Below, in pieces: positions 55,113-62,324 of a stretch of DNA of 64,000 nt. The stretch lies in assembly GCA_964562375.1 (NCBI GenBank), contig CAZLSW010000001.1:32871-96870 (forward strand), in the 5' to 3' direction. Origin of the DNA: an uncultured Muribaculaceae bacterium (GTDB taxonomy: Bacteria; Bacteroidota; Bacteroidia; Bacteroidales; Muribaculaceae). Made by a program: the position numbers and the translations under genes. The notes under the pieces are model-generated. The model saw only the letters and a list, made by a program, of their open reading frames with translations, ran no database searches and was not told the DNA's origin. Every line of letters begins with the position of its first letter. Position 1 is the stretch's first letter.

Positions 55113-55442
55113 TTAGTCCCAGATGGAGCGTCGGATGTGATTGAGGATCAGGGCCTTGGCCGACTGCGTGGGAGCTTCCAGCTCGCGAGGCCGCGACATC
55201 AGCTCCTCAATGCGTTCATTACGGCCCTTAAGATAACCGCGGCGCTCAGCCGCAGCAAGAACCTCTTCAAGATCCACTCGAGTGACCTCCGGCCTGGGCC
55301 CTTGCGACGCCACTGGCTCGGCTGAGGTGGCACCCTCTTCATTGTGCCCCGTGCACTCTTCACTGAGCCCTGTGCGCTCTTCGTTGTGCCCTGTGCACTC
55401 TTCATTGTGCACTTCCTGGTTGATGGTTTCATTTTCTTCCAT
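55113..55442 (-). CDS. Small acidic/helical protein upstream of the capsid-like gene (scaffold-like position)
   Basis: 109 aa. N-terminus built from 4 x 21-nt repeats (HNEECTG/HNEERTG/LSEECTG/HNEEGAT) and a helical charged C-half (LEEVLAAAERRGYLKGRNERIEELM). Confidence 0.45.
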   Translation of the reverse strand: MEENETINQEVHNEECTGHNEERTGLSEECTGHNEEGATSAEPVASQGPRPEVTRVDLEEVLAAAERRGYLKGRNERIEELMSRPRELEAPTQSAKALILNHIRRSIWD

Positions 55443-55653
55443 AGCATTATTGGTTTTTGGTGGTTAAGAATTACGGTACAAAATTACCCCCGGCTATGGG
55501 CCGAGGGTATGTCATTTTCACCAAAAGCATATTTTTTTTCATGTTATCGACAATTTTGGGCAGTTATCAACACGGGAGGCGGTTTTTGCTTTTTAGTTTT
55601 TGGTATTTGACGGAAATGATGTTACTTTGCATTGTGCAAAATTATAATTGCTT

Positions 55654-56427
55654 ATGGGTAAAATAATTGCAATAGCCAATCAGAAAGGCGGAGTAGGAAA
55701 AACCACCACCACCATCAACTTGGGAGCCTCCCTCGCGGCCGCCGGCCAAAAAGTGCTTATTATCGACGCCGACCCCCAGGCCAACGCCACATCGGGATAC
55801 GGTATCGACCCAAAATCGATGACCTCATCCATTTACGAGTGCCTGGTGGACAACTACCCCCTGCAAGGCTCCCAAGTGAAGACGTGTGTCGAGGGCCTCG
55901 ACCTTATCGGCTCCCGTATCGACCTCGCTGGCGCCGAGCTTGAACTGATCAACAAATCCGACCGCGAGCGCGTGCTTCAACACCTACTGGAGCCTATCGC
56001 TCCACAATACGACTATATCCTCATCGACTGCTCCCCGTCGCTGGGCTTGATAACTGTGAACGCGTTGACAGCCGCGCAGTCGGTAATAATCCCGGTCCAG
56101 GCCGAGTATTTCGCCCTCGAGGGAATCTCCAAGTTGTTGAACACTATACGCATCATCAAGTCGCGACTCAACCCCCATCTCGAGATTGAGGGATTCCTCT
56201 TGACAATGTACGACGCGCGCCTGCGCTTGGCCAACCAGATTTACGAGGAGCTGAAGGGACATTTCGGGCAGATGGTGTTTGACACCGTCATCCCGCGCAA
56301 CATCCGCCTAAGCGAGGCCCCGAGCCACGGCCTGCCGGCGCTCCTCTACGACCCCGAGAGCCGCGGAGCCACATCCCACGTGATGCTCGCCAAAGAAATC
56401 ATCTCCAAGAACTCCAAGAATAAATAA
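55654..56427 (+). CDS. parA: Chromosome partitioning ATPase ParA (Soj)
   Basis: Deviant Walker [15 protein letters not shown] at 55654; the ORF-track start at 55648 is a TTG. Confidence 0.95.
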   Translation: MGKIIAIANQKGGVGKTTTTINLGASLAAAGQKVLIIDADPQANATSGYGIDPKSMTSSIYECLVDNYPLQGSQVKTCVEGLDLIGSRIDLAGAELELINKSDRERVLQHLLEPIAPQYDYILIDCSPSLGLITVNALTAAQSVIIPVQAEYFALEGISKLLNTIRIIKSRLNPHLEIEGFLLTMYDARLRLANQIYEELKGHFGQMVFDTVIPRNIRLSEAPSHGLPALLYDPESRGATSHVMLAKEIISKNSKNK

Positions 56428-56428
56428 T

Positions 56429-57307
56429 ATGGCATTGAAACGCAACGCATTAGGGCGAGGCCTTGACTCGCTAATACCAATGGACGACGTGCCCGCCGCC
56501 GGCACGACGGCTATAAACACCGTGCCACTAAGCCAAATCTCGCCCAATCCCGATCAACCTCGCCAGACATTCGCCCAGGATGCTCTGGACGACTTGACGC
56601 GCTCGATCACAACGTATGGCGTGCTTCAGCCCATTTCCCTGAGGCAAGTTGGCCCCTCAAGCTACCAGATAATCGCTGGTGAGCGTCGCTATCGTGCCGC
56701 TTTGGCCGCAGGTCTGCGCGAGATCCCCGCATATATACGCGACGCCAACGAGCAAGAGCTCACCGAGATGGCTCTAATCGAGAACATCCAGCGCGAGGAT
56801 CTCAACCCCATCGAAATCGCCCTTACCTACAACAAGCTCATCGACCAATATCACCTCACCCAGGAGCAGCTTTCGGAACGCATCGGCAAAAGTCGAGCTG
56901 TGATCGCCAACGCGTTGCGCATGCTTCGCCTGCACGCTGATGTGCAATTGGCCCTGAGCGAGAGGCGATTGACCGAGGGACATGCCCGCGCTATTCTAAG
57001 GTTGGACGACCACCAGATGCAGAATAAACTGTTCCATCGTATCCTGGCCGAGGACCTGAGCGTGCGCCGCGCCGAAGAGCTTGCCAAAGAGATGCTCGAG
57101 GGGGTGGAAATAACCCCCAAGAAACCCACGCTAAAACGCGAAAAAAACCGCCTTTTCGACGAATTGAAGCAAAACCTCTCCGCCCGCTTTTCCGCTCCCG
57201 TCCAGCTCCATTGCGACGCCAACGGAAAAGGCCGCATTACCTTCTCCTTCCGCGACCAAGAGCAGCTCACCCGCCTGATCGCCCTCTTCGACCAAATCCA
57301 AGGCTAA
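56429..57307 (+). CDS. parB: Chromosome partitioning protein ParB (Spo0J)
   Basis: GERRYRAA box and an HTH region; 292 aa. Starts 2 nt after parA. Confidence 0.95.
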   Translation: MALKRNALGRGLDSLIPMDDVPAAGTTAINTVPLSQISPNPDQPRQTFAQDALDDLTRSITTYGVLQPISLRQVGPSSYQIIAGERRYRAALAAGLREIPAYIRDANEQELTEMALIENIQREDLNPIEIALTYNKLIDQYHLTQEQLSERIGKSRAVIANALRMLRLHADVQLALSERRLTEGHARAILRLDDHQMQNKLFHRILAEDLSVRRAEELAKEMLEGVEITPKKPTLKREKNRLFDELKQNLSARFSAPVQLHCDANGKGRITFSFRDQEQLTRLIALFDQIQG

Positions 57308-57358
57308 GTAGGAAGTCCCGCCGTTAAGTAGGAAGTCCCGCCGTGCCGGCGGGACAGC
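57305..57358. repeat. REP-like copies (one truncated, one full) starting on the parB stop codon
   Basis: TAAGTAGGAAGTCCCGCCGT | TAAGTAGGAAGTCCCGCCGTGCCGGCGGGACAG. Confidence 0.92.
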
Positions 57359-57370
57359 TCCTCCCCTCGG

Positions 57371-57500
57371 GCTCGACTTCCCTCGATTTAAGTCGATTTA
57401 AATCGATTTAAGTCGAAAGAAATCGAGAGAAATCGAGAGAAATCGAAAGAAATCGAGAGAAGTCGAAAGAAATCGAAAAAAATCGATATAAATCCGCGTG
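57371..57500. repeat. Thirteen-unit 10-nt tandem array (AAATCGAGAG / AAATCGAAAG / AAGTCGATTT types)
   Basis: Strict 10-nt period with a phased A-tract and TCGA in each unit, between convergent parB and the beta-helix lipoprotein gene. Confidence 0.92.
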
Positions 57501-57511
57501 GAAAAAGCCCA

Positions 57512-58900
57512 CTATTCATAGGCCCCTATCGCCCCGGCGCGTGCCGTCCCGTAGCGGTCGTAGGCCGCCGCCGGTAGCGTCAACGACGCGTCGGCCGCTC
57601 CCCGCGCCGGTGAATCCTCCTTCAACCGATAGTCGAAGTAATAATCCTCCCGCACGGTATAGTACAGCGGGTCGGTGTCCCACAGGCAGTTGATGAAATT
57701 ATCGTCATCCGCCCCGGCTGATTTCAGCACGCAGCGCCGCATCAACACCGTCGAGCCCTCCAGGTCGCCGTGCGACAGGTCCGTCCCGTTGCCGTAAACG
57801 ATGGTGTTGTCGATGTTGGCCTTCAGGTAGGGGAGTCCCGAGGAGTCGTCATCCTCGCTCGTCACGTGGGCAAGCTGTAACGAAGGCCCCCCAAGTGCGG
57901 TGAACAGGTAGTAATTGGCTATGGTACAATGATTTAATGTCAACTCGCCGCCACGTACATACATTACGCCCAGCGAAGCGTCCGAGAACTCGCACCCGAT
58001 TGCGGTGACACCCGTGTGGGCCGCTTGAAACACATAGCTCCCCGAGTTGTGAAGCTGGCAATTGAGCATATACAGCTCAGGGGCGTTCATCGAGCCCCCC
58101 AGCGAGTCGGCCACCACGCCGTAGCTTGTGTTGCGTATCGACGTGTGGCTCAGCTTGTTCCCTTTCGACGAAGGAGTGAAGAACAATCCCTCCCACTGCG
58201 ACGCCAACAACTCAAACGGTATCGTCGTCACAACGTTCCCCAAGCGGTCGCCCACCATCTCCACCGGCTGCTCGGCCGTGCCGTTCACCTCCAGGGTGCC
58301 GCGCACGATAAATTCAGCCTTGTCGTGGAAATACAGCGTGACGCCGGGATCGACGATCAATTTCGCGCCCTCCTCTACCACGATCGAGTCCCACACCTGG
58401 TAGGGGTACTCGGCCGTCATTCGGGAGTCTTGGGTGATCACCAGCGAGCGTATCGGCTCCACGTCAAAGCCATCGGCGTGCAACACCACCGACCGTGTCA
58501 CTCCCAGGGTAGTGAAATCCAAATGGTCCTCGACGGCGAGGAGCCCCGGCTTGCCGTTCACCGGCGCCGTGGCCTCCACAAACACGTAGATTGAGTCGTT
58601 GGGGCGTATCTCCACGTTGGAGAACGTGCGTCCCGACTGACCGTCCACGTTCAGACGAAACACTCCCGAGGCGTCGTTCCTCAGGGATATCGTATTGATA
58701 TTAATGATTTTGTCGTGACGGTTGTACACCACGAAACGGTGAGTGGGGGTGCCTTGGCCAGTGAAGACGTTACCGAGCTTGAGCGTATCGACCGAGAATG
58801 TCGGCTGGTCGCTCGATGAGGTCGACACGCCGTCCTCGATGCACGAGACAACGCAGATGGGCAGCAGGGCGAGTATAATGATTCTTATAAAATTCTTCAT
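57512..58900 (-). CDS. Lipoprotein with right-handed parallel beta-helix repeats
   Basis: Lipobox LLPICVVSC. The central region has repetitive G/N/S-rich beta-helix-like turns. Start at MKNFIRI (ATG 58900, alternative 58909); the ORF-track start at 58918 is a TTG. Confidence 0.6.
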   Translation of the reverse strand: MKNFIRIIILALLPICVVSCIEDGVSTSSSDQPTFSVDTLKLGNVFTGQGTPTHRFVVYNRHDKIININTISLRNDASGVFRLNVDGQSGRTFSNVEIRPNDSIYVFVEATAPVNGKPGLLAVEDHLDFTTLGVTRSVVLHADGFDVEPIRSLVITQDSRMTAEYPYQVWDSIVVEEGAKLIVDPGVTLYFHDKAEFIVRGTLEVNGTAEQPVEMVGDRLGNVVTTIPFELLASQWEGLFFTPSSKGNKLSHTSIRNTSYGVVADSLGGSMNAPELYMLNCQLHNSGSYVFQAAHTGVTAIGCEFSDASLGVMYVRGGELTLNHCTIANYYLFTALGGPSLQLAHVTSEDDDSSGLPYLKANIDNTIVYGNGTDLSHGDLEGSTVLMRRCVLKSAGADDDNFINCLWDTDPLYYTVREDYYFDYRLKEDSPARGAADASLTLPAAAYDRYGTARAGAIGAYE

Positions 58901-59052
58901 AACAATCATATAACGCAATCCCCCGCCGTTTATTGCCTCCTCATTTGTCTTGAATGGTCAATGCAATCTGGCCAAGAATCGGCCCATATTTTGCTCGGGA
59001 AATAAGGTGGGCATACATGGCGTCCTCCCCTTCTCCTACGATGATGCGTTGG

Positions 59053-59340
59053 TTAAGATAAGCATCCAACCTTTACATCATTAACGTTATCGCAATAGAA
59101 ACATAGCACCGCAAGATCATTATCTCGTAAAAAGGCAGCTAAAGTTTCTGAAATTTTCGATAGGAGGGTGTATTCGATATATTCCGAGCCAGACTCCCTC
59201 ATAAGAGTGACATCATAAAACTCTAATGACAAAGCGGTGGGGTCGGATGTGAAGGATGATAACACTGTTTCGTGGTAACGAGAAAGGGCGACTCGTAATT
59301 GGTCGCCCTTATCGTTTTTTATAATGAACGAAATTTCCAT
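59053..59340 (-). CDS. Hypothetical protein in an AT-rich islet
   Basis: 95-aa ORF, clearly more AT-rich than its neighbours. No family recognised. Confidence 0.4.
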   Translation of the reverse strand: MEISFIIKNDKGDQLRVALSRYHETVLSSFTSDPTALSLEFYDVTLMRESGSEYIEYTLLSKISETLAAFLRDNDLAVLCFYCDNVNDVKVGCLS

Positions 59341-59474
59341 TATACCTTAATCTCGAAAGTACATGTGTCCTTGGCAGCCAATTTCTTTGGCTGCTCATGC
59401 TTGCGTTTTTCCCAATTCTTAAAGAATTGAACTGCTTCAGCACTGGGGTGAGATATAATAATATCTTGCGTCAT
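59340..59474 (-). CDS. Hypothetical 44-aa ORF overlapping the start of the 95-aa ORF (TAATG)
   Basis: Hand translation gives MTQDIIISHPSAEAVQFFKNWEKRKHEQPKKLAAKDTCTFEIKV. It is below the ORF-track length cut-off. Confidence 0.3.
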   Translation of the reverse strand: MTQDIIISHPSAEAVQFFKNWEKRKHEQPKKLAAKDTCTFEIKV

Positions 59475-59561
59475 AATCGGGTATTCTTAGCCTTGCAAAA
59501 TTAAATATAAAACAAGAGAATATCAAACTCGAGTCGCCAAAAAGAGGTAATTTAACCATTT

Positions 59562-61229
59562 TTAATAGTGGAAGGAGGAGCCGCCCAGGAATTCACGCAG
59601 GAGCGACGTGGGAGGTATCATTTTGTCGGGAATCTGCTGGAAGTACCCCAGGAAGGTGATCAGGCGCGAGGCCTCTCCGTACTCGGGGATGTCCCTCGGC
59701 ACGTGCTTGAGAATCTCCTCCCCGTACTCCTTCATGACGCCCAGCTCGAAAAGCAGCGAGGAGTTGAACGTTGCGTTGGCGTTCTCTTGATACGGGAAAA
59801 TCCACCGCTCCTCGCCGCGGCGCACCGACGGCCAGCGCTTGATGGTGTCCTCGGCGGTCACGCCGCGGTACTTGTAGTCGCGGATTATGCGGCGTAGCAG
59901 GCGGTTGTCGGTCGTCGGCACCCAGTTGTGGTCGTCAATCGACAACGTCGTGAGAGCCGACACGTAGATTCGGTACTTCATGCGCTCCTCGATGTGGGAC
60001 GTGAGCTCGGGATTCAACCCGTGGATACCCTCGATCAACAGCACCGAGCCCTCCTCCAATTTCACCTTCTCGCCGCGGAACTCGCGTTTCCCCAGCTCGA
60101 AATTATAATAAGGGAGCTCCACCTCCTGTCCTTGCAACAGCGCGTTGAGGTCGTTGTTGAAACGGTCGAGATCCAGAGCGTAGAGGCTCTCGAAGTCGTA
60201 GTCGCCGTTCTCCTCGCGGGGTGTGTGCTCCCGGTCGAGGAAATAGTTGTCGAGCGAAATCATCTGGGGACGCAACAGGTTGCACACCAGCTGCACGGCC
60301 AGACGCTTGGTGGTGGTGGTTTTGCCCGACGACGACGGACCGGCGATCAACACGAAGCGAGCCCCGCCCTCGCGGTATCGCGCCGCGATATCGTCGGCGA
60401 TCGAGCCGATTTTCTTGTCGTGCATCGCCTCGGCCACGTTAATCAGAAGGTTGGCGCGACGATCGATGACGGCCTCGTTCAACTCCCCCACGTTTTTCAC
60501 CCCCACAACCTCGTTGAACAGCAGGTGCTCGGTGAACGCGTGGTACATCTTCTCCTGCGTTATCGGCTGTTGTGGCACATCGGGATTCGTCGGGTCCTGG
60601 CCCATCAGCAGCATTCCCTCCTTGTAGGGGATAAGGTCGAAGACCCGCAGCAATCCGGTGGATGGAGCCAACACGCCGTAATAGCTGTCGCAAAGGCCGT
60701 CGAGACGGTAGTATATCGTGTAGAGCTCGCGGGTGGTTTGGAGCAGTTTCACTTTGTCCATCAACCCTTGGCGCTCAAAAATCGGAATCACGTCCTTGGT
60801 CAAGCGCTCCTTGCGCTCAAAGGGGATGTCGCGCTCCACCAGGCGTATCATCTCGTCGCGCAGCGAGGCTACCACCTCGGGGGTCACCTCTTGTCCGTGG
60901 AGGCAAGCGTAGTAGCCGCGGGATATGGAATGCTCAATGCGCAGTGTAGCCTGTGGGTAGAGCGTGTTTACGGCCTTGTAGAGCATCATGCACAGCGAGC
61001 GGATGTAGGCGCGGCTCCCCGAGGCCGAGGTGGTGGTGAGAAATTCCACCTGCTTGGGGGCGAACACGGGATATTGCAAGTCCTCTGTCTTGTTGTTGAC
61101 GCGTGCGCATATTGGGCGGAAAGGGATATAGCCCCCCAGGCGCTCCAGGATCTCACTCAGGGTCTCGCCCCCGGTAATCGGCACATATTGCTCGATATTC
61201 TTGCAGTAGATTTTCAGTTGGTTGCTCAT
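59562..61229 (-). CDS. Uridine kinase-family nucleoside kinase with N-terminal TGS-like extension
   Basis: 555 aa with the P-loop IAGPSSSGKTTT in the C-terminal half. Confidence 0.75.
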   Translation of the reverse strand: MSNQLKIYCKNIEQYVPITGGETLSEILERLGGYIPFRPICARVNNKTEDLQYPVFAPKQVEFLTTTSASGSRAYIRSLCMMLYKAVNTLYPQATLRIEHSISRGYYACLHGQEVTPEVVASLRDEMIRLVERDIPFERKERLTKDVIPIFERQGLMDKVKLLQTTRELYTIYYRLDGLCDSYYGVLAPSTGLLRVFDLIPYKEGMLLMGQDPTNPDVPQQPITQEKMYHAFTEHLLFNEVVGVKNVGELNEAVIDRRANLLINVAEAMHDKKIGSIADDIAARYREGGARFVLIAGPSSSGKTTTTKRLAVQLVCNLLRPQMISLDNYFLDREHTPREENGDYDFESLYALDLDRFNNDLNALLQGQEVELPYYNFELGKREFRGEKVKLEEGSVLLIEGIHGLNPELTSHIEERMKYRIYVSALTTLSIDDHNWVPTTDNRLLRRIIRDYKYRGVTAEDTIKRWPSVRRGEERWIFPYQENANATFNSSLLFELGVMKEYGEEILKHVPRDIPEYGEASRLITFLGYFQQIPDKMIPPTSLLREFLGGSSFHY

Positions 61230-61453
61230 AGTTGTAAGTTGAAAACGCTAGCTCTCAGGCTCGAAATGGCCCTTGGACGCCCGTTGTAAGTTGAAACGAT
61301 ATCCCTCAAGAGGGCTACGCCGCTTCAAAATTAATGATTTTTTGGGAAAATTTGTTCACTTGCACCCAAAAATACCAGCATTGACAGCCTGCGGCAGCAA
61401 AATAACCGCCGCAGGCTCAACGAGGGGCTTGCGGCGGAATCTCTTGGTAATTG

Positions 61454-61495
61454 GCTAAACGCTAAACGCTAAATGCTAAATGCTAAACGCTAAAC
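61454..61495. repeat. Heptanucleotide tandem repeat (GCTAAAY)x6
   Basis: Six consecutive units ending 6 nt before the stop of the ferritin-like gene. Confidence 0.92.
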
Positions 61496-61500
61496 GCTTC

Positions 61501-62013
61501 CTACTTTCCTTGGAAATACTTGCGGGCCGTGTCGATGTCGTCGATAAAGTCCTGCATATCCTGTTCGTGGTCGGCCTCCTCGGCCAGAATCTTCTTGGCC
61601 AGGTCGCAGGTCACGAAATCCTTGCCCTCAGTGAGCTCGGCAATCTCCTGGTAACGGCGCATGGCGCACTCCTCGGCCGCGCGAATCACCTTGACGAAAT
61701 ACTCCGAGGTGAACTCCGTGGGGGTGTCGTACACGCAGCGAGCGTGTGTGAGCCAATCCTGAGGGGTCAACACTGGCACGCCCTCCAGCTCGATGATACG
61801 GTCGATTACCCACCCGGCGTGCTTGAGCTCTGCGTCGGCGTGTTTCTCAAACTCTTTCTCGATTGATTCCCTCTGGGCGCCTTTCACCATCTTGGCGGCG
61901 GTCCAGTATTGATAATATGCCAGCCACTCCTCGCTCAGGGCGGCGTTCAATTGGTCCAGAACCAACGACACATCGATTTTGCCTTTCAACAAGGCCACAC
62001 TTTCTTTTGCCAT
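61501..62013 (-). CDS. Ferritin-like (Dps-like/DPSL) protein
   Basis: 170-aa four-helix-bundle pattern with di-iron ligand-like EEWLAYYQY, EKHADAELKH and EEADHEQD. Confidence 0.75.
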   Translation of the reverse strand: MAKESVALLKGKIDVSLVLDQLNAALSEEWLAYYQYWTAAKMVKGAQRESIEKEFEKHADAELKHAGWVIDRIIELEGVPVLTPQDWLTHARCVYDTPTEFTSEYFVKVIRAAEECAMRRYQEIAELTEGKDFVTCDLAKKILAEEADHEQDMQDFIDDIDTARKYFQGK

Positions 62014-62069
62014 AGTAGTATTTGTTTTTTAGACTATTCAGTAATTATAGAACACCGAGAGGGGGGATT

Positions 62070-62196
62070 AAGTTTATAGTTTCTTGTTTATAGTTTCTAG
62101 TTTCTAGTTTCTAGTTTCGCTAAATTGAATATTCACCGCTTTTCACCCCTTGAGCTATTAACTAGAAACTAGAAACTAGAAACTAGAAACTATAAA
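62070..62196. repeat. Inverted heptamer arrays (TAGTTTC)n ... (AACTAGA)n in a divergent promoter region
   Basis: The left array 62091-62118 (TAGTTTC x4) is the reverse complement of the right array 62160-62190. A 41-nt spacer separates them. Confidence 0.9.
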
Positions 62197-62324
62197 CCCC
62201 AAAACTTGGCCGCATCGCGAAAAACGCGTATCTTTGGGCCGTGAAAGGGCTAAGGCCGCATGATTGTGTTGAATATAACTCAATTCTACCCTTAAATATA
62301 CCAACATTAAACACGATAACCCGC

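Noticed and set aside
537-61289. Many long antisense or out-of-frame ORFs, e.g. 537..1160, 1521..2210, 7622..8374, 9038..9967, 10726..11796, 13777..14556, 21056..21874, 27692..28642, 28459..29787, 36643..37408, 46509..47336 and 59928..61289.
   Set aside because: Each lies entirely within a confidently identified gene on the other strand or frame. High GC suppresses stop codons, and none shows a recognisable motif.
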